A stretch of DNA of 64,000 nt from Eukaryota sp. GEM-RC1 (lineage: Eukaryota), in NCBI GenBank assembly GCA_040285855.1, contig JAUFOQ010000013.1, positions 1,178,001 through 1,242,000 on the forward strand, written 5' to 3'. The notes below the pieces were generated by a model. That model was given only the letters and a program-made list of their open reading frames with translations. It did not search any database and was not told the DNA's origin. Position numbers and translations under genes: made by a program. Positions 1 to 10,965 of this stretch are shown in pieces (within the stretch, counting starts at the first letter, position 1; every line of letters begins with the position of its first letter).

Positions 1-2
1 TA

Positions 3-638
3 ATTGTCACTTTTATTGCTCTTCAATTCATCAAGTTACGACAAAAGCTTAAGTTGATGAAGGATATGGATTCTGTGGTCAAGTCAAAATCATCTAAATT
101 AGACGAACTCAATGATAATAGTTCACCCACAGTTTCTTTCCCCTTAAATAGTGATTCACTTGGCTTATTCCCTAATCTGTCTACTTGGTATGCTTCCAAT
201 AAGCATTCTGTGAAATCTTCTAGGTCTGGTTCCGTATCATCTCTACCTTCTTTACCATCTCTTTCTAGAAATAGACCTTCCTCGCTTACCAGTTTCTCCA
301 AGACTACTGGTCAATCTAAATTAGCCAATAACTCTAATCCAGGGTTTGTTGAAGTTCCATCAGTTCCTGTTAAGAAGTTACCCCCACTTCACAGTAACCT
401 CCCTTCAACTCGTCAGTCAGTTACTATTGGTAAAGGAAAGGCTTCCGCATTGCCTTTATCTCCTTTACCTTCCACTGTTACTGATCGAAAAACTCTTCCA
501 CCCCTGAAGAATTCACAAGCCCGCATCAAGCGTGCTTCAAGATTGGTAGGAGCTCAGAAATCATCTTTTGCTACTCCTCCTGCTGATTTTTCTAATGAAT
601 TGCCCGGAGTAGCCGATATTCTAAATAGTTTAGAATAA
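3..638 (+). CDS. 3' end (end of TM helix plus Ser/Pro-rich cytoplasmic tail) of a paralogue of the giant membrane protein; runs off the left edge
   Basis: Frame is open from position 3 (IVTFIALQFIKLRQKLKLMKDMDSVVKSKSSKLDEL...) and is nearly identical to the C-terminus of the minus-strand gene at 10966-11620. Confidence 0.9.
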   Translation: MVTFIALQFIKLRQKLKLMKDMDSVVKSKSSKLDELNDNSSPTVSFPLNSDSLGLFPNLSTWYASNKHSVKSSRSGSVSSLPSLPSLSRNRPSSLTSFSKTTGQSKLANNSNPGFVEVPSVPVKKLPPLHSNLPSTRQSVTIGKGKASALPLSPLPSTVTDRKTLPPLKNSQARIKRASRLVGAQKSSFATPPADFSNELPGVADILNSLE

Positions 639-1729
639 CTTGTACATTATTGTTTTTTCTTTCATAAAATTTGTTTTAATATTCAGTATTATGATCTCGA
701 ATCTTGCCTCGTTTGTAGATTAGGAACAAAACCAACTGTGTTCGGTACCCAAAATGTTTCCTACAAATATTTGTAAAAACAAACAAATAATAATAAGACT
801 AAACTTGTAAGGTTTATTAAACGAGAGAAATAGAAACGCATACTCTGATGCAGAATATGGTTTTCCATTGAGACATTTTAAACTTACGATTCTTCTATTA
901 ACAAAGTTCGATCACCTGCAGGTAATCGATCCAAAAAGAGGAACAGCAAAAGGTTTATTCACAAATCTAATTCTTCTACTTGAGAGTCATACTTGGAGTG
1001 TTTGAGCTTTTCAGCAGCTGTTAACGGATTTAAGAAGAATCTAATATCTTACTAACAGAAGCTTTGATACAAAGACCTACTGTGGTGAAATCCATTAACT
1101 GAATCGAATTAAGCCACAGAAACCTCTTGTTTGATCTGAGCATTCATTTTCTGAAATGTGATTCAAAAACTAGGAAAATTCATTACATACTATTGACCAA
1201 ACCGTATGTTTAAGTTTAAGTCACTTCTAAAGCATGGATAGAAGTCTACGAATTGCTAAAGGTGTTACTACAATTGGTGTAGTACAATTTTGATTTTGGT
1301 AAATCATTTAAACACTGTGAAAACACGGTGTTGTTAGCATGATAAAAATGATAGAAATTGGACGACACATCAAAATGTAGCGTCAAATTATACTTGTGTT
1401 TTATGAAGACAAAGCTTCAAAAAGGTTCGATTCGAAGGAATCTTGTTTTGATGACATTGAGTATTAGATCATCTTTTTTGTATTTTCGAATAAATGACAT
1501 AATGCAAAAAAAATTCTACTTTCGAACAAAATTGCGTTCTATAATTTCAGTTCTCGTTTGAGTGCTATTGTTTTGCTTCAAACATCAATCTATCTACGCG
1601 CTCAAATTGTCCTGAACTCGCTATTAAACCAGCTAGCAAATTGAGAACTGAGTTCTCGACTGAGTGTTGAGCTGTCAGGAATCGTACACCATCAAAGTTT
1701 GTTTATTATGGAAAAGCGATGATACAACA

Positions 1730-3720
1730 ATTTCCATTCATTAACCGTATAAGAATATTTAACACTCTATTTTGCCACTCCGTGTGTTTCCGTTTTTTTG
1801 GTATGGGTTTTGGTTTTCATCAATGCCTTTTAATTTATAAAACCAAAAGATTATCCTACTTTTTATGGTAATTCGTCTGATTTGGTCTACAACTCGGTTA
1901 ATCTTTCTTCATTAACCGGTGTTAAACAAGGCGATCCTCTTGGACTTTTTTTTCTTATGCCTTGCTATTCACCCCATCCTCAACTATCTTAAATCCAAGT
2001 ATAAGAATTTGGAAATTGTGGCTTATATGGATGACATTTTTATATTGCACCTTTTGGGACTATACAAGCAATTTCAGCAGAAGCTGCCACTTTGTATGAA
2101 GAGATTGGTTTAAATTTAAATATTCAAAAATGTTTCGTTATAGGAAAAGAACCAAAGTTATTAACAATTCGTTCAATTGAAGTCCCTTTCATTAGTTGTT
2201 CTGCTTTAAGTTTCAGATTTCTTGGTTGCTTTTTTTTGGTAAAAAGGAAGATATTGTCAAAAACCTTGATTATTTGAACTCGATTCAACAAGAGTTGGAT
2301 AAGATTAAAGTTCTTGAAATTGAAAAACATTTAAAATTCTTCATGCTCAAAATTTGTTATTCTGGTAAAATTACTCATCTTTTAAGGTCCCTTGCTCCTG
2401 AGTTATTGTATGATTTCTGTAGAGCTTTTAACAAAATTCGCACAGACTTTCTTTCATTTCTTCTTCAAGTCAACCCCAATTCTTTAAATAACCACACATT
2501 TTCCGGTCCATATCTTGGAGGTTTGGGGTTTACATCTTCTAAATGGTGGACTAAAGCACCTTTTATTGGTGGTGGAAAGAATTTTGTATTCGAGTTTTCT
2601 AATCGATATCCATCAAGAACTTCTCTTCTTGAAAGTACTAGCAGCTTTTATCTTAATCATCTCCGTGGTGAAATAGCAAATCTTTCTCCTGAGATATGGT
2701 CAACTTGCTTTCCTGTTGATATCAAAGAAATTCCATGTCGAAACATCTTGTCTTTAAAGTTTGCTTTAAAAAAGCTGCAAAATCATTTATTAAAATATTT
2801 CGAAAGTTTAGATTTTACAGTCCGTCTTAGCTCGGCTAAGGAAAAAATCCAGCTTTCGCTAATTTTTTAATTGATTTACAGGAGAGTTCTGCTGTGACAT
2901 TAATTAATCAGATTCCACAAGTATATGGTTTGTTATTGAATGATCATCAATGGACCACTACAATGAGACTTCGTTGTTATTTATGGCCATATAATTTGCC
3001 AAATGATCTTCAATGTAGCTGTGGAAAACAATTAACGTTTTCTCATCTGTTAGGTTGTAATCGCTGCACAACTTAATCGAACGTGTATGCATGATGCTGT
3101 AAGAGATCAAATACATGCTATGTGTAAGTCTTACAAAATTGAGTCATTTGTTGAACCACTTCTAAGATCTTTAAAACCAAGTAATAATTGTAATGTCGAA
3201 AAACAGAACCAGTTTTTTGGTAAACAGAGAGCAGATGTTGTTGCCCCTTCTTCTTCAGACAAATTGTTTGTTGTTGATGTAGTGTCAGTGGATGTTTGTA
3301 AAAAGACATCTTTAAAGAACGCTTCGTCTGAAACTTCTCCTTTAGACATTTCTGAACAGGCCAAACAGGATAAGTACAAGAAACCATTGATGGCTTTCAA
3401 ACATGTAAAACATGTTGAGTACGAATTATGCCCTTTTGTTGCTTCCAATTTACGGACGTTTAGGAAAAAGTGCATTGAATTTTTTAAACGACTTCGGAAA
3501 AAGCGTGAAAAATAGGATGAACAAACGTTTTGATCATTCGTTATGGTTGAATAGGATCGTTTTTACTGTTTTTAAAACAGTTCCCCTAATCATCTCCAAA
3601 GCTTTATTAGCAGTGAGTTCCTTTTATGAGGACAAAGCTGTTGTAAGGTTTGATAACGACGGGTGTTGTTTTAATGATATCAAATTTTAGTTGTTTGATC
3701 TATTACATCTATAATAAAAC
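1730..3720 (+). mobile_element. Degenerate, 5'-truncated non-LTR retrotransposon with RT and restriction-like endonuclease (CRE/R2-type RLE clade)
   Basis: GVKQGDPLG (~1917-1945), AYMDD (~2025), zinc finger CSCGKQLTFSHLLGC, HDAVRD and RADVV...VVDV...K-x-x-KY endonuclease motifs. Several frameshifts and at least one stop. Boundaries approximate. Confidence 0.85.
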
Positions 3721-4723
3721 ACTATTTGAAGAAAAAAGTTTATCCAAATATTTATGGTCCATTTATTCGAAGTTGTATAGAAAACAAATCTCGTGTTGTT
3801 GTGGAGAATTTAACTTCTTTCATTTTCTGAATTAGTATGTATTAATTTATTGTTGCAACTAAACTCTGAAAGTTTATCTCTAAATTACAAATTATCCTTT
3901 CAAAAAATGTTCGAGATACATGCTCTGACTACTGATGCATCTGTTATCTTCAATTCTTATGACTTATATTAAGGAAAATTATTGTATTACAATAGGGGTT
4001 TGCGATGATGTTCTCTTCTAATAAATATACGGGCTCTCTTAGATATGTCTTAGATGAAAAAGTAGTGTATATAATATTCCAATTGAAAGTATAAAACATC
4101 AAGTATCAAAACTGTCGTACTTGCAAATGTATTCAAGGAGTATTTATGTCTGGAAAAACCTACACTATGTCTAGTATAATTCATGCAATTGAAGATACAA
4201 AGAGAAGTACAAATCAGTTCCTCGGTTCGACCCAAGAACCGAACTCAACGGGACCAGATTGGAACTGTAACAGTAACTAAAGTTAGAAACTGAACTTGGA
4301 CGGTCTAATTTTGATGAATCCAAATTGAGTGAAAGTGATTGAAGATCAATTTTGTTCTTTTTCCACTTCTAGATCAAAAACTCCCATTTCTAACTGAAAA
4401 CAACTTGAGACTAGGGTTAGCGAATAATTGTTGGAACATAATGGCACCATGTGATTGGCTTAGCTTCATAACATTGTAACAATTTTCCAACAGAGATTGT
4501 GTACGACGTCAGGATACCTTATTCGTGGACAGAGTTGTTGAATGTCAAGGATGACATAATGTAAACACTTGTAGGGCATGTATAACGTGTTCCGAGTAAA
4601 GATGGCCTGAGGAAGTAGGGGTGAATCAGCAAATGGTCTAGTCCTCAAAACCATTATTACATCCATCCAACTTTATTCGACGGCAATTTTGACAGGGATT
4701 TTGATGGCAAAATTTTGGGAATA

Positions 4724-6812
4724 CTGTCAACCCTGGATATAGCGTCATTATATGGTCGACGCTATATCCAGTTTTGCGCTATATCCAGTTTTCATGTATG
4801 AACATAAACACATCTACGGACACATTGTATACATAACACATGACGAAAAAAGACTGTGGTGGTCATCAGCACACACTACTGGGAGACTTTAAAACCGTCA
4901 CAGGGACAAGATATTACTACCAAAAATATTTTTGTGGTTGGAAGAGGCTGAGTTCAAAGTAACATCCATCGAGTATAATTGCTAGGGCTGTCAATTTCTC
5001 CCATTTCTCCCAACTCCCACCCAACTCCCATCTCCCATGACCCTTGGGAGTGGGAGTGGGAGCTTCCGTTGGGAGGTGGGAACTCCCAAAATCTCCCATC
5101 TCCCATTTACAGACACAACTCTAACTTCAATTTAAAACAGAAACAAGCTAGCTAGACAAATACAGTTATAATTTTTCTAGAATATTAATAGGACTAGGTG
5201 TATTACATTTTTACTGTCTTTGTTTTGTTTTATTTATTTTCGTTTTATAAAGAGCGTGGTTGTTTATCTGTAAATTTCAACCAATGTCATCGCTTGATTT
5301 ATCTGAAGATCCTGAAAACTCTGGTCTGTTTAAACATCCTGATTTTATTGAATTTGTTTCCTCTCTTTCAGTTTCCAAAATTCCAAAAAGAACCACGATA
5401 AGAAATGATATGTTGAATGTTTATGAGTCATTTAAAGGATACTTGATAGATAAATTCAAAAATGTGTGTAATTCTTCTAAAGTATCTATTAGGATTGATA
5501 GATGGAGATCGAATACAAACAAGCATTTTAATGGGGTAAGAGTTCACTGTATTGAAGACTGGAATTTAAACATTTACAATGTACGTCCACGGTTTTAAGC
5601 ACCTGAAAGAAAACCACACTGCCATCAACATTGCCGATGCTGTGGAAGAAATTATTACTGAATTTGGTTTAAAATACAAAATGTGTTGTGTTTCAACAGG
5701 TATTCACGACTATCCGCATACATTGTATGCTAAGAACTTTATGACAACACAAGCCTCATCAGTTCCAAGTGAACAGTTATTTTCTCAGGCAGGGTGTGTT
5801 GTTACGAAGTTACGAGCTTCCTTGAGTAGTGATTCTATTGAAGTAGTCCTTTGTTTGAAATCATGGTTCAAAGGTCGGGAGATGAGAGAGTTGTTCATGA
5901 ATCAGAGATAGAGTTAGTGATTGTTATGTTTATAAAGTAAAGTGTCATTGTACTAGAAGATACAAAAATGGGAGTTGGGTGGGAGTTGGGAGAATTTGTT
6001 GGGAGTGGGAGTGGGAGTGGGAGTCTCACCTATGACAAGTGGGAGGTGGGAGTGGTAGTGGAAGAACACGTGTTGGGAGGTGGGAGAAACTCCCATCTCC
6101 CATTAACAGCTCCTAATAATTGCTCAACCGTTACATTCTATTGTTCGGCTGAGTGGAAGAAGTGGGGAAAAGAAGTTAGAACCTTCCTCTCACTCCTCGT
6201 TAAGATCTCTCCTCAGAAGTTCTATGTTTGAAGCCTTCCTGCTGACGAGCAAAACCATTTTCCTGACAGGTCTTCGCCTTATTCCCAAAAGTCGAGGCAC
6301 AACGCATCCAAAAAAGGCTACAAATGTACAACATCTTCACAGTTCTGTATTTACACCTTTTCCGGATATAAAACAAGTTCAAACACAACTCTAGTGATGT
6401 TAGTAATCGAAGTCTCTTCTTGAGCAACATGTATATATATGAAAACATCTTCCCTGAAACCTTCTCCCCTTCAACGACAGTCTTTCTCCTTGTACGAGGT
6501 GATTCAAGGCATGTCATTGATACCAATGACTCACTAAGAGATGAAGATCTATCCGGTTGTTTATGGTGTGAATGTTGATAATACTTCTTTGGAAAGCAGA
6601 TAAGAACATTTTCACTGCATCGGCAAGTTGTAAGTCCATGTGGTGATAGAACAATACTAATTGAACAGTTTATTGTAACTGCAAAAGACACACAAGGGAA
6701 AAGACACGAGAATCAGATTGTTGCACAACAAAAAATGTGGAGGAGAATGTCGGACAATGAAAATTCACGAATTAACGCTATATCGGATATACGGTGTATC
6801 CAGGGTTGACTG
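4724..6812. mobile_element. Tc1/mariner-pogo-like non-autonomous DNA transposon carrying a nested hAT element
   Basis: TA|CTGTCAACCCTGGATA at 4722-4739 and TATCCAGGGTTGACTG|TA at 6797-6814: 16-bp TIR with 1 mismatch and a TA duplication. CGCTATATC subterminal motifs occur near both ends. Confidence 0.75.
4983..6115 (+). mobile_element. Internally deleted hAT transposon
   Basis: Perfect 8-bp TSD ATAATTGC (4975-4982 and 6116-6123). TIRs TAGGGCTGTCAAT / ATTAACAGCTCCTA, GGGAG/CTCCC subterminal repeats. Transposase remnants SIRIDRWRS, HTAINIA and the C-terminal dimerisation motif ASSVPSEQLFSQAG...RASLSSDSIE..LCLKSW. Confidence 0.92.
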
Positions 6813-6930
6813 TACTGGTCAAACTCACCGATGTTATTTCCCGCCAGCTTTTTTCCCGCCATCCGTTATTTCCGTTATTTTTCGGAACACATTAACTGCA
6901 GGTATACTGGTATATAACTTAACGTCAGCA

Positions 6931-7004
6931 GCCGTCCTAGCTCAGATGGTTAGAGCGTACGACTGAAGATCGTAAGGTCCGTGGTTCAAATCCGCGGGAT
7001 GGCA
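6931..7004 (+). tRNA. tRNA-Phe(GAA)
   Basis: Cloverleaf: acceptor GCCGTCC/GGATGGC, D arm GCTC/GAGC, anticodon arm TACGA-CTGAAGA-TCGTA, T arm CGTGG-TTCAAAT-CCGCG. No encoded CCA; followed by TTTT. Confidence 0.97.
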
Positions 7005-7073
7005 TTTTAGGTATTGTCATTTGACAGATGTTTTAATTTGTTCTGAAGAGAATTAATATCTGTCATACTGAAT

Positions 7074-7708
7074 CAGGGATGTTAATATATATATATTTTA
7101 TTTATTTATTGTCGACAGTGGGTCATTATTATATTTGTTGTCTCAATCGGCAATATGTAATAATATTGCAATATATTTCAATATTGTGACAATATATTTT
7201 CATGCCAAATTGTCATGTTTTCATTTGCAAATATCGAACTTTCTTCAAACAACTCGAACAACGTCTCAATTTTGTAAGATATGATACAAACAGTTGATCA
7301 TACTGTTATGAAACAAAATGACTAAAGACCTTAATTGTTCGAAAGACTGGCACTCTTAGATTACGTTTGCACTCTTCAAGCCTTGATAAACAGTTACTTT
7401 TACTGTATAACTCGCAACTTTGGCATGAAGACACTATTCGACGACTTCCTCCACAGTCTTTGTCAAGATTTGTTCCATCATGATGGGGATGTAATGGACG
7501 AAGAATAAGAACTGTATTACTACATGTACATTAGAAATTTCTTTTTGATTGAGCATGAACCCCTTTTTTCTACATTATACTAGTACTAGAGTTACCGCAG
7601 AGATATTGACAATATCAATATCTTTATTGTGGTGTTGACAATATCAATATATTTATTGTAAACCCACACAATAATATATTTATTTAAATATTTTTTTTAA
7701 CATTCCTG
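7074..7708. mobile_element. hAT-type MITE
   Basis: TIR CAGGGATGTTAA / TTAACATTCCTG (1 mismatch). Perfect 8-bp TSD TACTGAAT (7066-7073 and 7709-7716). ACAATAT subterminal repeats. Confidence 0.85.
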
Positions 7709-8073
7709 TACTGAATGGTCAGTCATCGACGGTTGATCTCTTAAGGACTCTTATGGACTTTACAAAATTATTCTTGGACTCCACTTCTAGTGAACATTTT
7801 TATTGACCAAAATTTACAATTATTCGGCTCTGGAAACTGCTGTATCGAAGCTGTATTAGGTCATTAATCAATTTTGGAGATGCAATTTTATAGCAGATTA
7901 ACACTATTGTCAGCCTTCTTCAGTCTTACACAAATATTGAAGGTGTGAAAGAAGATCATGATGTTCAAGATATCATTTGTGGAGACATAACAAGACTTGA
8001 CGGCCAATGAATTGTATTTGGTTAGAAAAAAACTTATGTTAAATGTGATTATTCAAAGCTATTCTGTCGCAGA

Positions 8074-8795
8074 TAGAGATGGGAGCCGGTTAGCCGACCC
8101 AGTCGAATGATCCATAATAGAAATATTTCCAGCTGCAGACTGGAAATATATTTTATCAACGTTCGGACAATAATAGAATTAGTGAATTTAATTAATTAAT
8201 ATATTCTACTAACTGCCCTACTATGCTTGTTGGCTGGCAGATGGTACATTAAGTGTCGGAAGTGCATTATCGTCGTGACTATTTAAGTTTGCATCTTTGA
8301 CTTCAATTTACAATGGATATAACTATGTTCTCAGACATTGAAGAATCTGAAGAAGTCTCCAACGGATTAGGTTTCTTAGAACTAATTTAGATCCTTCTCA
8401 TAAGTAATGTCAATTTTTGCATTAGTCAGTCAGCCAATCCCATTAATGTTGTTCTGATTGTTTCACAGATTGGTCAGGAAATAACTACTAATTAACGTCA
8501 CTTTTATAACTGGAAAGCACAAAGATACATGTAACAAGGTAGCATCTGTGAAACATTGGACCGGACTGATCTAAGGTGTTCTATAGGTCTATCGTTGTGT
8601 TACTCAGTCTAGTTGTCATTAACGATGGGTCGGTATCATTTTACTGATATATCATATGTCTTTCAACAAGTCAATAACATATTAAAATAGTTAACCTAAA
8701 TACTCGCAACAAAATTCGGTGAGGCTGTTAGCCACAGCTGGCTGTCCAATGCATGCGGCTGAGCCGTGAACAAATTTTGAGCCGGCTCCCATCTA
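8074..8795. mobile_element. hAT-type MITE (older copy)
   Basis: TAGAGATGGGAGCCGG / CCGGCTCCCATCTA termini (2-bp indel). Flanking 8-mers GTCGCAGA / GTCTCAGA differ at one position. Confidence 0.7.
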
Positions 8796-8929
8796 GTCTC
8801 AGACTAATTTCCCCAGTTATTATTTGGTCTGAATCAGAGCAATTGTTGTGAAGATTGTAGTTGTTTGACTTCTTAAAGTAAATCATTAAAAACAATTTTC
8901 ATTTGGAATATCAATTTAGGGCCGACTAA

Positions 8930-10500
8930 GAAACAATTCATTGAATTTTCTAAACGATTTCAGAAAAATCATGTACAAACGCTTTGATCGTATGTTGTAT
9001 CTATTTTGCTGTTTTCAAAACAATTCCCCTATACATCTCCCAAGTTGTATTAGCTGTGAGTTTATTTGAAGTTAATGATGTTGTAATATTTGAAAATGAT
9101 GGGTGTTGTTTTAATGATATCAAATTGCTGTATTTTAATTTACTACATTCATAAATATATCGTCGAGGTCCCAATACAAACAACCTTAAAACATTTACAA
9201 ACATACCGTTTACTATGCTCATAATGGAACCTTGCTTGTATTGGGTTCCATTTAATCTCTCTTTGTATATATTTTTTAGAATGTCTTTTTGTTTTTAGAA
9301 AAAGATCAGGGAGATGAGAACAACACCTAGAATTCAATATCATTAAAACAACATTCATTGCAATTGTAACTCACATCAGCTTTTTCTTCATAGAAAAGAC
9401 TGAAAGCTCATAGTACTTTCGAAATCATAAAAGAATTGTTTTAAACATTGTAAAAACAATACGATTCAACCAAAACTTTTAATGAAAATTTTTGGTCATT
9501 ATTTTTGACAACTTTTTCAAATTCAGAGAGAAAACAAAGAACATCTTCACCACATCGACCAAAAATTGTTTTTTGTATAATGTAAGAATATTCATGACAA
9601 GATCACAAACAAACTGGAATGGAAAATTGATAACGTCAATCATGACAGACAGCTAGTGTTGATTAAATATCTTTATTATAGTTTAAATTTCACTTATCTC
9701 CGTCCCATAAACCTATGTTTGATATTTTCTCTGATACTAGTACCCCTTTTGACGGTATAGTTAGCACTAGATCAATTGAACCACAATCAACATCACAATA
9801 TTGCAACAAGGACTTTCAACTAAAGTTATTGGACTAACAGATTGGCATTTTCAGTTTTCAAGGCTATGCTGAAAAATAGGACTATCTTTTTCTCACCTTT
9901 TGATTTGTTACCGTTTCATTACATATAAGACTTGCATTCATGATGCAGTCAGAGATCAAATTCATGCCATGTGTAAGCATTTGCTGAGCCTTTATTGAGA
10001 TCAGTAATTTAAAAAATAGTGATTCTGATAAGACTATTGAAAAAGAAGAGCTGATGTCATCGTTCGATTAGTCAACGAGGATTTTGTCTGTTCCAATTGG
10101 TCAAGTGAGAAGATCAACACTTCAATAGGAAGTGGTTGGTTTCTGTCGAAGTGACAGTTGTTGATGTCACTACTGTGGATGTTTGTAAAAAAAGTTCATT
10201 AAAAGATGCTAAAATTGAAGTGTCTCCCCTTGATTATTCAGAACAACATACCCATATGACTTGGCTCAAGTCGTTCGGTTTACGGCTTGAGCCGAACCGT
10301 TTGACAGCTCCAGTACTGTGTGTGTATACATATACACATTTTCAAAAACTGATTTGGACTGAGTGGAGAACTCATGGTATCTGTTGAGTAAATTTACATG
10401 ATATATGTAAATCAAAAGCTCTGTTGTCAGTGCGTTGCTTCTATTGTCAAAATTATGGAGTCAAATTTGATGTCAACGCGTGTTGTTTTAATGACCTTGA
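8930..10500. mobile_element. Cluster of 3' fragments of the RLE non-LTR family (8930-9130 +, ~9328-9560 -, 9935-10245 +, ~10455-10500 +)
   Basis: Nucleotide similarity to 3087-3690, for example CATGATGCAGTCAGAGATCAAAT, GTGGATGTTTGTAAAAA and the recurring 3' motif TGTTGTTTTAATGA. Confidence 0.75.
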
Positions 10501-10965
10501 CCATTTGATGTTTAGTTGGTTTCTTTACATTGAAATTAATGACGAAATGTATTCAATAGCATTACATTCACATTGTAGAACGGCTTTCCAGCCCAGTTGA
10601 CATCGTATAACCGATTAGACTTTCTGTAATAGAGGATCAGATGTTCTTGTTCCATCAGTCTTAGACGAACTGACTGTCATTTCTGTGATTGCAGTTGATG
10701 TGTAGCATTTCAAGATGCTACCAATGAAGTTCTCAGTGATGGGTAAAAATCAGAGTTGAACCCAGTTTTCAAATGCCATGTTTAAAATTAAGTTAAGGGA
10801 GATGCTTCAAACTGGAAGCAAACGTATATTTCTCTAAATATTTTGGAATTTTATGAAGTATTTACGAAATACATACTAAAATTTATTATCGTATATTATT
10901 ATATTTACAGTGTGCTATTGTATAAAATCTAAAAGTCCGGTCATGGAAAGAAGGTTAAAAATCAA

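Noticed and set aside
23..301. Minus-strand 92-aa ORF and its twin at 11315-11596
   Set aside because: Antisense shadows of the conserved cytoplasmic tails.
4917..6231. Gly/Trp-rich ORFs and G-quadruplex-like GGGAGT runs
   Set aside because: Explained by the subterminal repeats of the hAT element.
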